Shown here piece by piece: positions 25,548-37,276 of a stretch of 64,000 nucleotides of DNA. The stretch is from the NCBI GenBank assembly GCA_043228905.1, contig JBHGNT010000004.1, positions 10,478,001 to 10,542,000 on the forward strand, given 5' to 3'. Numbering within the stretch: the stretch's first letter is position 1; each line of letters starts with the position of its first letter. This DNA is from Azolla caroliniana (Eukaryota; Plantae; Polypodiophyta). Both the position numbers and the translations under genes were made by a program. The notes beneath the pieces are model-generated. The model did not search any database and was not told where the DNA came from. It saw only the letters and a program-made list of their open reading frames with translations.

Positions 25548-26345
25548 CCATCCCCCGGTTGTCCTCTGCACTTTGCAGGAATCGTGGTCGCCAAAATAGT
25601 GTTGTCTGGCTGGCCGGACTAGCCTCAACACAGGTGTCTATCCAACACTTCTCCAAAGGGGTGGTAAGGATTGAATGCTAGGTTACACGCGTAAGATGAT
25701 TACAATTAAGCATAGACGGTAAACAATACGAGATACAGATAGACACGCAATAATTACTATTGTATTACTTCCGTCAAACCCTTTACAAATCATCGGATCC
25801 TTTTATAGGCATCCGGCAAGGTTACAATCGGTGCGCTTAGGCAACCGACATCCGAATCGGTCCGGATCCGGATCGGTACAACTGTACCGGATCCGTCCCT
25901 CTGAATAATAATTCTACTATTATTTACTTCCTATTATCCGGTCTGACTCCGCCTTCCCACTTGTCCTTGCTCTTCTGACCGGCCAATAGGGGACAGGGAA
26001 TAAAGGGGAGAGGACAAGAGCAAACGGGGCATCGCGCGCGAGGAGGTAGGGGGAGAGGCTTCGGAACGGAAGCCCGAGCTCTCTACTGTAATCGTCGCTC
26101 TCTGCGGGTGTCGGGAGGTCGCTGACTCTGCTTCGCGGATAGCCCGTGTGCTTCCAGCAGAGTCACTCCCTTTTGCCCCTTTTGTTTTCTTTGAGTCGTG
26201 TGACTGTCGTCGGTGTGCATGAGTTGGGTCCCCGTGTCGGGTCCGTCGCCGCCTTGTCGGTTGTAATTGTCGGAGCTTGTAACCTCTTGTCATTATAATT
26301 AAGTGTTACGTTCTATATCTCTTTTTCTCGCCTGTACGTGTCTGT

Positions 26346-26387
<42 letters not shown>

Positions 26388-26495
26388 CTCCTCGGTCCAA
26401 GACCCCCGTGGTTCCGCCCCTTTCTACACGTACGCGCGTAACAACGCGACATATTTGGTGAACCCGACGTGAAGGGGCGGCAAAGGAGTCAAAAG

Positions 26496-28612
26496 ATGAG
26501 GGGATCGGAGCTAGCAGAGGCAATGGCGGTGGCCGTCGACCGGCTGGTGAGCGCTCGTGAGGGGACAGGTACCCTCAATAGAGCCATAGAATCGATCGTC
26601 GGCTCTATAGGCCGTTTCGGAGGGAAAGACGCCACAAGTTATTTGGAGGCTTACCGGGCCGAAATGATCATGAGGGATATCCCGGTGGACAGGCGGCTGT
26701 CCGGATTCCCTCGGGTGGTGACGCCGGGCATCCATGCGGAGGTGGTCGAGGTGCTGGCCGGATGCCAGACTTGGGAGGAGTTCGAGCTGCAGCTCCTCGA
26801 GAAGTACGGGTTTGACGACTCGCTCTGGCTGTTGAGGCGGGACTTCATGGCATGGGTGGAAAGCCCCCGAAAGGGGAGGAACACGTCGGTGCTCCTCCAG
26901 GAGTTGGAAAAACGGTTCGCGCGGCTGTTGACGCTGGACCGGACGGTGCTCGAAACAAGTCGAGTACTGCTGTTTGTCAAGTCGCTGGATGCGCTCGACA
27001 GGGAAAAGGTGGGTCCCCTATTGGAAACGGACAAAGGGCTCACGATGGACTGGGCCATGGTAAAACGGGTCTGCAACCGTTTCGACAAACGACGCGATTG
27101 GAGCAAAGGAAGCACGTCCCGGGGAGGAAACTCGAGGAGCCAGTTTCGGTGCCGGATGGGAGGAAGGAAGAGCCCCGAATCTGGCCGGAGTCGGGGTCGG
27201 CATTGAACGACGTGGTCAGAGGCCCATCCGGAGGAGCGGCTCTGGAGGAGCTGACACAGATGGTGCGCGACCTGCAGATCGCACAGGCCCGGAGAGACAA
27301 CGGTGAACAACCTCGCGACTGGAGGCCGCCAGCTGGGCAACAGTGCATGTGGTGTGACATGATCAGTCACATTCGGAAGGATTGCGCGGATTTCGCCGAC
27401 GCGCTCAGGACCAACGTGGTGTACCTCTGGAACGGGCGGGTGCACGCAAGCGAGACCCGGAGAGCCCTAGAACTGAATACGGGGCGCGGCGGAATGAAGA
27501 GGTTGATGGAAGAGGTCGTGGCACGGCACGTCGAAGCCGTCAACTACTCGGTGTCGGCGGGAATTCGGATCGGGGGTGATGAGACCCGGAAGGCGAAGGA
27601 TTCCAGATTCTGGCCGCTAGTGCTAGAAGGCCTCTCTGGAGTTCGGTTGAGGAAGGAAGAGGCGGACCGCGCGGAATAGAGGGTCCAGGAGGTCACCGGT
27701 TGGGACGATCCGGTCGAAGAGAAAACGGGCTTTGTAGAAACCACTCGCCAGAACTACGAGAATCTGGTGGAGGACAAATGGGCAAGAAAGGACGGAGGGG
27801 TCGGACCCCCGAGGTATGAGACTCGGTTCGGACCGAAACCGACCGGTGCCGGCAACCCAGGCGCGCCGGACGAAAAGAAGCAGGCAGGGTTTCGGTTGAG
27901 CACCGAGATCGAAAGGACCACAGACCTACGAAAGGTCCTGGAGGAACGTATCCTCGACAACAAAGTGGAGTTGTCATTGCGGGAGGTGCTGGGAATCGCC
28001 AAGAGGGAGTTCCACGACTCTATCGTAGACTTGGTGAAGCGCAAGAGGCTCTCGACGGAGCTGGAACCGGAGATGCCGGTGGAGGTACGGACCACGCACC
28101 TGGAAGACGAAGCCCTGGAAGACGAGCTAGTGGGAAGCCACTACATGAAGCCGCATTGGGCCAGGGCGACTACGGAAACCCCTATACAGATTGGGAACGT
28201 TCTGGAACCGGTGGTGGCGTTGGTAGACCATGGATCCGAAATCAACCTGATGTCCATGGATTTCTACAAGAAGGGTAAATGTCCGATCAACACCAAGCAT
28301 GGTTGGAAGATACGGGCAGCGACGCGCGCCACGGAAGAACTACATGGGGCCTGTCCGAACGTACGGGTGAAAATCGGCGATGTCGAGATCGACCAACACT
28401 TCTTCGTGCAGGAGACGTCCTCGCATTCGGTTATACTAGGAGAGCCATATATCACGGCAGCACGGATGGAGACCAAGGTGTTGGACAAAGGTTCAGCCTA
28501 TGCTAGAGTCAAGAGCCAGGACGGGCGTCACTCGGTCCAGTTCCTAACGGTGCGACCAAACCACGAGCGTAACCGCGAGGCCTTGGGCAGCGAAACCTGA
28601 GGGTATTTTTAG
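26496..28612 (+). pseudogene. gag-protease ORF1 of C
   Basis: CMWCDMISHIRKDC knuckle, HWARAT, ALVDHGSEINLM, ILGEPY; one frameshift near 27120 and stops at 27677 and 28598. Confidence 0.88.
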
Positions 28613-31437
28613 AGAGGGCTATCGAGGCGTGGAGCCACGATAGTTCGGACATCCGGGAACAACCCCACAAATGTACAGAACGAAAGAAGACTTGTACCAT
28701 GGGTAGGAAGTTTTGGTTCTCCGACAACGGAGGTTGTACTATAACCGGCGTCAGCGGCCGGGAGAGGAAGCGAGCGGAGGAGCGGCTCAAGGGATGCGGA
28801 GTCCTCTTCCCCGACGAAGACATCAGGGGCGCCGTGGAGGCGGTCTCTTTTGACGACACCTTGGGCGAACTACGAAAGGTGATTGATGAAGACCTTAGAG
28901 AAGACCGGACCGTTCCGATAGGATCGATGGGAATGTACGATCAGTTCCAACTAGCCGTGGAGAGTAGAGACATTACGACGATGCAGACTCCTCTCGGCCT
29001 AGTGCGGATGTGTACCCTGCCACAAGGAGGGACGGACTCAGTGGCTCACATGGTGAACGCGATGAACAAAGTGCTCAGGGATTGTGTCCCGGACATCACC
29101 ATGCCATTCTTAGACGACATCCCGATCAAGGGATGCCCGATGGAGAAAAGGGACGAGGCAATCGGGCTGAATGGATGTCGGAATTTCGTGGTGTCCCACA
29201 TCGATGACTGCGAGAAGGTGTTGCAGAGACTAGAGCACACGAGGCTCACCTTCTCCAGGGAAAAGTCGGCCTTCGGACAGTCGGAGATCTTGGTGGTCAG
29301 ACACCTGTGCGGGCCTTATGGTAGGAAACCGTCTCCGGAAAAGGTAGAGGCCATCTCCGCGATGAGGAACGATTGCGGGTCGGTCACGGAGGTCCGCAGA
29401 TTCTTGGGGGCATGCGCGTTCTACCACATCTGGATCCTGCACTACGCACATGTCGCGGAACCCCTCTACGGGCTATTGAAAAAGGGGCGTAGCTTTGAGT
29501 GGAGGACAGAGCACACAGAGTCGGTTCGGAGACTAAAGGAGGCGCTTACGGCAGCGCCGGCTCTCCGTAAATCGGTTTACGGCAAGGATGTTCCCATCTG
29601 CGTAACGGTGGACACTAGCCCGACCGGGATCGGGTGGGTAATCAGTCAGGAGGACAAGGGCGGCGTACGATTCCCGATCCGGTTCGGGGTGAAGGTATTA
29701 AGCGAGCGACAACGAGGGTACGCCCAGGTTAAGCGCGAACTTTGGGGTGTCGTTTCGGCAGTCAAGGCTGACAAGGATTATCTGATCGAGACAGAGGTGA
29801 TCATCGAGACAGACTGCCTGCCGATACTTGGCATGGTTTCCGGATGTGCGACGCTAAACCTAGCAATGCTCTGGTGGATAGCGTACATTAAGTCCCTGAA
29901 CCCGGAGATATGGCACATCTCCGGAAAGGACAACGCCATGGCCGACATGCTTTCGAGGGCAAGGTTCAATGACGAAGATGGTATGGTTTCGGATGACGAA
30001 GAAGTCGGCGAGCACTTCTTCGGGTCGGCTAACGTAACGACGAGGAAAGGGAACACTCCAGCGTTTAACAAATTTGACGAAAGCAGGTACGACGGGCAGT
30101 GGCTCCAAATCGGGAGTTTCCTACGGACGATGAAGCCGGACGCAGTATGGGCGAGAGAGGAGGCAAGCCGGATACGGAGGAAGGCGTACCGATTCTTCCT
30201 GCGGGACAGGTGCATATGGAGGCACCCAAAGAAGAGAAGCGGCATTCCACTCCGAGTAGTAGCAAAGAAAGAAGAACAGGGGAAACTACTGGCGGCATTT
30301 CACGAGAGCCCCTGGGCCGGACACCGTGGAACGTGGGCCACTTTCGAGAAGCTGAAGCAGAAGTATTGGTGGCTGGGGCTGTACCAGGACGTGCATCGGT
30401 ACGTAACGACTTGCGAAAGCTGTCAGATGCACTCTGTAGTCCGACACCAGGACGAGCTACACCCGTCCTACGCGCCTACGGTCCATTTCAAGTGGATGGT
30501 CGACTTGATGACGATGCCGATGGGGGTAGGACAAATGCGATACCTGGTGCTTGCACGGGAGGACTTAACGAACCAGGTGGAAGGCCGTGCACTGCAAAGC
30601 AAGACAACCGCAGCGGTATGCCGGTTCCTGATCGAAGAAGTAGTGTGTTGGTACGGGTGCGTCGGGAGGATCATGGCGGACCGGGGAGAGCTGGATGCGC
30701 GGGAGGCCGAGGAGCTGTTTGATCGGCTAGGCGTCAAACTCTCCCTCACCACGGCGTACAATCCGGAGGCGAACGGAAAGGTGGAATGTGGGCACAGACC
30801 GATTGTAAAGGCGTTGGTGCGTGCATGCCGTGGGCAGGTCGGAAATTGGCCACGACTCCTTCCTTACGCGCTATGGGCGGACTGAACTATGCACAGTTCA
30901 GTGATAGGGTTTATGCCGGCGGAGCTGATGTACGGACAAAAGCCGATCATGCCGGTGGAGCGGACGGTTTCTTCGTGGGCGGTGGTAGATTGGAAAGACG
31001 AAATGAGTCGGGAGGAGTTGTTGGCGGCGTGGATTCGGCAACTCGAGCAAAGGCCGGAGGACGTGATACGGGCGAAGGAAAGGCTGCGAGCGGCATAGGA
31101 GCGGAACAAGATCCGGTTCAACCGGACGCACCGATTGCGACCAAAGAAGATCGAGGAAGGCGACTGGGTCTTGGTATACGACAGCAACCTCGACAATAAG
31201 CACAAGGCGGTGCGAAAGTTTGCTAGGAGATGGTTCGGGCCCTACATGGTGACGAGCGCGAACGACAACGGAACGTACCACCTCCCAGAACTCGACAGGA
31301 CACGGTTAGCGGTGCCGGTGGCCGGAAAGCGGATCCAAACTTTCAAAAAGCAGTCCGAAGACGAGCTGGAGCCTGCGAGCGGGAGCGACAACGACGATCA
31401 GTTCGGGTCCGACGGAGAATCGGAGAGCAACGAATGA
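28606..31437 (+). pseudogene. RT-RNaseH-integrase ORF2 of C (RT N-terminus deleted near 28930)
   Basis: LPQGGTDSVAH, FLDDIPIKG, VDTSPTGIG, HESPWAGH...CESC, YNPEANGKVE, RWFGPY; stops at 30883 and 31096. Confidence 0.9.
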
Positions 31438-31506
31438 GGCCGGTTTTCTTCGGTATCTACCCGTCTCTGGCGCATGCCGGTGGATGCGCGGTTTGGTGGG
31501 GGTGGA

Positions 31507-32024
31507 TGTCGTGAAGAAAACCGGCCATAGGCGGAATTGGAGAGAAAGCGCGTAAACTGGCCCTTACACGGATGAACGCGTGACTGGATACTTTGCACGC
31601 GAACCGGTGGATGTAATTACTAAGCCGCACGCATTTATTCGAGGGGATTGTGCGTATCCCGGTCAGAGGGGACAGGGAATGAAGGGGAGATGACAAGAGC
31701 AAACGGGGAATCGCGCGCAAGGAGGTAGGGGGAGAGGCTTCGGAACGGAAGCCCGAGCTCTCTACTGGAATCGTCGCTCTCTGCGGGTGTCAGGAGGTCG
31801 CTGACTCTGCTTCGCAGACAGCCCGTGTGCTTCCAGTAGAGTCGCTCCCTCTTCGCCCTTTTGTTTTCTTCGAATTGTGTGACTATCATCAGTGTGCGTG
31901 AGTTGGGTCTCCATGTCGGGTCCGTCGCCGCCTTGTCGGTTGTAACTCTCGGAGCTTGTAACCTCTTGTCATTATAATTAAGTGTTACGTTCTATATCTC
32001 TTTTTCTCGCCTCTACATGTCTGT

Positions 32025-32072
<48 letters not shown>

Positions 32073-32134
32073 CCTCGGTCCAAGACCCCCATGGTCCCAC
32101 CCCTTTCTACACGTACGCGCGTAACAACGCGACA
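31507..32134 (+). repeat. 3' LTR of C (628 bp) containing a (CT)n tract
   Basis: TGTCG...CGACA termini; matches 19194-19233 and 25989-26451. Confidence 0.92.
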
Positions 32135-32996
32135 ACGGCACACGACGGTGTCGGGAATGAGGTAACATGGGTGCGCAACAGACTACACGGTTGAAGACCG
32201 GAGACGGTATCAAGAGCCGAAGAAGGATCCTCCACACTCACTTTGGAGATCTTGGCGGTTCAGTCGGAGTGGCAACGACTGGCGTGGCAAGCCGAGCCCG
32301 TGATGAGAAGCCGGTGGGGGCGAGGGGACGACGACAAGCAGAAGGATCCGGACCAGTCGTAGTGGCGCGAGACGAAAGGGGGGGGCAAGTGGGCTACTAC
32401 GGGGTGGTCCTCGGACACGGAGAGGACACCGATAAGCGGAGAGAGCGTGACACACGGAGGTGCCAGACCGGGAACACCGGCGCGGAGATAGGTTGCCAGT
32501 TCAGGTGATCTCGCATAGAAGGCCAAAGAGGGATCCTCCACATTGGTTCCGGAGACCTTGGTAGTTCGGCCGCCGTGGCAGCGTAAGACCATGGACAAGG
32601 TAGGTGGCGGCGAGGGACGAAGGCGATGGAGATCAGCGCGGGATGAGAACCGGGACGACGCGAAGGTCAACGGAGGCCGAGTGGGCCATCACGGGTGTTC
32701 CCTGGACAGAGGATACCGTGTAACCGCAGGAACGAGCGGCGTGCACGCGGTCAAGAGAAGGGCCAACGGGGAAACATGCGGACTACGGGATCGCTGCGAA
32801 TGACCGATCGACAGGTCCAACAAGTGTATGGCAAGGCAAACGTGGAAAATGAACCAGAGCCGACGGTTCGGACCGGCGAGGGCAACGCCGCTGTTGGAAT
32901 GCGGATTATGGAAGACCGGTTCCTCACCAGCCAGAATCCCTCACACTTCTCTGAAGTTGGCACGTATCGGTGGACGTGTGGTTTGGTGGGGCCGGA

Positions 32997-33527
32997 TGTC
33001 ATGAAGATTCTGGGCCATGGTGAGAAACCAGGGAATATCGGAAGAATCGGCGGAGTGCATCATGTGCCCTCACCCTTGTATAAACATGTGAATAATAGGG
33101 GTGCGTTTATGGCGCCAAGTGGGAGTCAAGTCGGGACAAAGAATCCCATGTAAATCGGGATTTATCCCACATTGTAACGCATCCCTCTCCTTGTTCTATA
33201 AAAGGAAGGGATGGTCCCTTGTAGAGGGGTTGCCCATTTTGAGTCGTCGGGGTATACCATTTTGTAGAGGTTCGTGTTGTATCTTTTCCTTTGTAATATA
33301 TACACTTGTATCTGTTTGTGCATGTTGGTGTATCTGGTGATGTCGGGAGCATAGCCCTCTGTTCCCTGTGCATAAGAGTCGGTGTCGTGCGCATGCTTTC
33401 TCTCTGTCTCATGTTCGGTCGCCTCCGAGTCGTGTCCGGAGTCGGTTTTCTTGGCATCCCTTTTTCCCTCGTCCGAGACCCCCGTGGTCCCGCCCCTTTC
33501 TACATGCACGCGCGTAATAACGCGACA
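32997..33527 (+). repeat. 3' LTR of D (531 bp)
   Basis: TGTC...GACA termini; matches 9798-10414 apart from a roughly 140-bp indel. Confidence 0.9.
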
Positions 33528-34589
33528 ACTTGATTTTAATATCAAATGTTTTCCTTTTCGGGGAAAGGATCTTGGTGGCCGTCCTCACATTTTTGTGAGC
33601 ATGGCGTTGTCACCATCCTATTTTCAATAATTTTTCATTGTTGACATTCCCGTTGGTGACTTCGATTTTATTACGTAAAGAAATGCCTATAGTCACAATG
33701 ATGTTGAGAACCTAGGGCTTGACCCGCTTCATGTGAGGTCACTCCTATGCCACACATATCCAACATCCCGCCCTTGTTACATGGATACGATGCCACCATG
33801 AGATCATTCTTACGAAAGGCATTCGTAATGACGTAACCATGTGATGGGCCACGTGGGCCTACTACAAAAAAAGGGCTCATTTGGCTTGACCATTAGGTTG
33901 CATTGGCGTATGCCATTGTAATTACGAGACTTGAGGTTAGGTAACGTACCTACAAAGTTTGTGGTAAACGAGGGGGAAATAAGGACTCTTGACATATATG
34001 TTTCTTTTAAAAAAACATATATGGGCAAATGCCTTGCATATCTCTTATATGCATGAAACATTAAACATTCAAGAAGAGAAACCTACAACATCATTGATAC
34101 ATATGAGTATAACACATGTTTAGACTTGAGGTCTAAGTGCACTTCAGAGTCCTCGTAATAGGACGTAAAGAGACGAAACCACATATGTGGGCACAGAAAC
34201 ATAGTTTATTGTTAACATTTTTTTTCGTGTATAAACTACTCATGACGCGAACAGATATGGTTGAGCCTTGAGGAGCCGGCATGAAAAAATCGATATAGAG
34301 ATCAGGGAAATACATTAATTTGTCAACCCCATGGTTTTTAAAACACCTTTGTGTTACCAAAGTAACCTGATCTTGAACCTCATCTCATACGTCTAGAGGG
34401 TATTGACGTGAGATCATGATATCGATTAATGTTTCTCCATGATATGTTTACATCACGACATGATGTTATGACTATTTTTCTGACCTTATCCGATATCTTT
34501 GCCGGAAATAATCATTCAATGGCTCAAAATAACGACCCGATGTCATGCGCTCAAGCGGAAGGAACTCAAGGAAATCCTCCTGGACAATG

Positions 34590-34990
34590 TCGAAGTGAGT
34601 AAAAAATTGTGCCCACCGAGCTTGTTGGCGACTCAAGACTCGAGCATTTTGGAAATATGTCAAGTTCTTATGATCATTGTAAACAATGATTTGCTGAGAA
34701 GAACCTTCTAGAAAATGTCACCATTGTTGAAAAGAATCCACAATTGCAAGAATTTCTTTGTCATGGATCTCGTAGTTGATCTTTGCAGCTTCAAACTTTC
34801 GGGAATGAAAGGCAACAGGGTGTAGCTATCCATCATCTCCAGTCTGTGATAGGACACTCCCTAGTGCAAAATCGGATGCATCGGCTTCAAGGATGAAGCG
34901 TTTTGTTGGGTCGACATGTGCTAAGATAGGTGCCGTTGTAAATGCTTGTTTTAAGCTTTCGAATGCCTCAGCTGCATCTGAACTAGACTA
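34590..34990 (-). pseudogene. Inverted RNase H fragment of a Tcn1-type element (continuation of K RT)
   Basis: [36 protein letters not shown]...[12 protein letters not shown]...RQQARWAQF. Confidence 0.82.
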
Positions 34991-35049
34991 TAGGTTGGCA
35001 GTAGCTAATTAGCTATTCTTCCTAACTATGGCAGTAGCTAATTAGCTAC

Positions 35050-35438
35050 CACTCTCGACCGAGTAGATAGACCTTCCGACAAAGGCCTCTGCGAACTCAT
35101 CGATTGTCGGGCCGACTCCTGCATTTCGAATGGTCACCTTGTTGACCGGCTGTAGGTCTTGAATAAAGCCTAGTGTGTCGTTCCTGTTCGGCACCGTAAA
35201 CCACCCGTTTGAATAAGGTTCATAGCACTCGATGGCTCAAGGATGCCAATCTCCACTTTCTGCTTGAGCAGCTCGAGGATGGAAGCCCTCGGTACCGGAA
35301 TCGGTTTGAGACTCCACGGCACATGCGGTATCGTGAAGATCATCATTGGTTCTACGATAGTCGGGTCTACATGTTGTTGGGGTGGGGGGTTGGGTCTACA
35401 TCTTCTTGGCTTCACCCCCCTCTCAAGGGGGTTTCAAT
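35050..35438 (-). pseudogene. RT N-terminal fragment of a C-like Ty3 family
   Basis: PHVPWSLKPIPVPR...GILEPSSA...FIQDLQPVNKVTIRNAGVGPTIDEFAEAF. Confidence 0.75.
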
Positions 35439-37276
35439 TGTCATGATGACACTAACATCATGCCTCGAAAGGGTTTGGACCCACAACCTTGTTGTGCACA
35501 TGTCAAATCCTTAACCATTGTATTAATATTCTTATATGTATAGTTTTTAGAATATATAATCTAATATCATAAGAGTATTCTATATTACTCTACATTCTAA
35601 AATGACCTAGAATATTCTAGAGTGTTCCATACACTAGAACCTTCTAGATCACTTTACATTCTAGGATGACCTAGAATATTCTAGAGTGTTCTCTATTACT
35701 TATAAATAGGGATCTATGAATCATCCCAAACCTAAATTGGTTCAACTCCATTTTGTAACACTCTATTACCTACTCCTTGTAATCCATTTTACTCTACAAT
35801 ACAATATTTCCCTTTCAATTCTCTCTCTTTCTTTGTCTTTGCGCTATACCTTTCTCTCTCTTTCTCCCTCTTTCTATCTCTCCGTCTTGATAGTTTGAAC
35901 AGATTTTTTCATTTCTTCCCCTTCCACAAACCTTAACAAGTTCTCTTTTTCCTTCTCCTCTCCCCTCGTAAGCTATGTAGTCTGTCAGCAAAGAGGAGTG
36001 TATGCGTGTTCTTTCTGAGCTCGACATGCTCACGAATAAATTTGTGGCATTAGAGCATGAAAATCAAAGGCTACTTGGAGACCTACAACAAGTAAGCATC
36101 GAAAAAACTCAACAGTATGAAGAGTTATCACAATGGGTTCACCAACTCGAGGCGACTATATTAGCGAGAACAAGCGTTGGGGGCTCAGAACTCCCCTAGA
36201 GAACGAAAGATTATCCTCCCCACATCCCTCTCTCTGACATGTGATACTAGATCCCCTGAGTTATCGACCATCTCTCTACGACAATTGCGTGAGGAAGGGG
36301 GGAACGAGGCCATGTTCGTCTTCGCAATAGTAGCAACTCCATCATCCACTTTACATGAAGCGGAAATTAAACTACCAGAGAAATACAAAGAGTTCTCAGA
36401 TTTCTTTGATAAGGTGAAGGCCAATATATTGCCGGAGCATTAGCCATACGATTGCCCTATTGACTTACAACCAGTGAAAGAGCCTCCATGGGGCCCAATT
36501 TATAATCTCTCCCCGATAGGGCTAGAGACTTTGCGGGAATATATTGATGAGAATCTGGCAAACGGATTCATTCGACATTCTGGATCCCCTGTTGGTGCAC
36601 CTGTCTTCTTCGTTAAGAAACAGAATGGGACTCTTCGGTTGGTCGTGGATTATAGAGGGCTAAACAAAGTGACTCTCCTGAATAGATATGCTCTACTGTT
36701 AATATTGAATCTTTTGGAACGTCTTAGTGGAGCAAAATATTTCACGAAGTTGGACCTTCGCGGTGCATATAATCTAGTTCGGATTCACCCGGGGGATGAA
36801 TGGAAGACAACTTTTCGCACTCACTATGGACATTTTGAGTATACTGTGATGCCATTCAGTCTCACGAATGCACATGTAGTTTTCCAACATATGGAGAATG
36901 ATATTTTTCGAGATTTTCCTGATATCTTCATTGTAGTTTACCTGGATGATATTTTAATCTACTCGAAGACCCAAGAGGAGCATGATGAACATGTTCGTCA
37001 AGTATTGCATCGACTCCGAGAATATGGTCTCTACGCAAAATTGGAAAAGTGTAGTTTCAGCCAAAATCAAGTGGAATTTTTGGGGTATGTTGTATCATCA
37101 GATGGTATTACTATGGACCCCATGAAGGTACAAGCAATTTTAGATTGGCAAATGCCCCTTTCAGTGCACGATGTGCAATGTTTTCTCGGGTTTGCAAATT
37201 TTAATCGAAAATTTATTAAAGATTATTCCAAGGTCATGCTTCCGCTCACTCAACTCACACACAAAAATTAGCCATT
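35439..37276 (+). mobile_element. Element K: truncated Tcn1/Tf1-type Ty3 (LTR 35439-35892, gag remnant, RT)
   Basis: TGTCA...TGATA LTR with TATA at 35701; RT 36474-37271 with [28 protein letters not shown]. Confidence 0.82.

Larger units (their letters stand above)
19234..25988 (-). mobile_element. Element B: A-related non-chromovirus Ty3 inserted in the 5' LTR of C; 3' end and 3' LTR deleted
   Basis: LTR 25600-25988 (TGTTG...CAATA), Arg PBS 25584-25593, gag-pol, extra ORF truncated at 19234. Confidence 0.9.
19194..32134 (+). mobile_element. Element C: pol-encoding tRNA-Trp-primed Ty3 element with 4-bp TSD ACGG
   Basis: 5' LTR in two pieces (19194-19233 and 25989-26451), 3' LTR 31507-32134, ACGG at 19190-19193 and 32135-32138, PBS 26456-26473. 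Confidence 0.9.
9798..33527 (+). mobile_element. Element D: non-autonomous gag-only LTR element primed by tRNA-Trp
   Basis: 5' LTR 9798-10414 (first about 58 bp lost) matches 3' LTR 32997-33527; PBS 10419-10436; gag remnant; no pol in about 3.6 kb of own internal sequence. Confidence 0.85.

Noticed and set aside
19234-25988. Element B as integrase-independent filler DNA
   Set aside because: Its right junction is a real LTR terminus (CAATA, decayed CAACA), so normal insertion plus a later deletion is simpler
26349-26384. (CT)n microsatellite (also about 32028-32068 and 60370-60388)
   Set aside because: Part of the LTRs and common in plant LTR U5 regions
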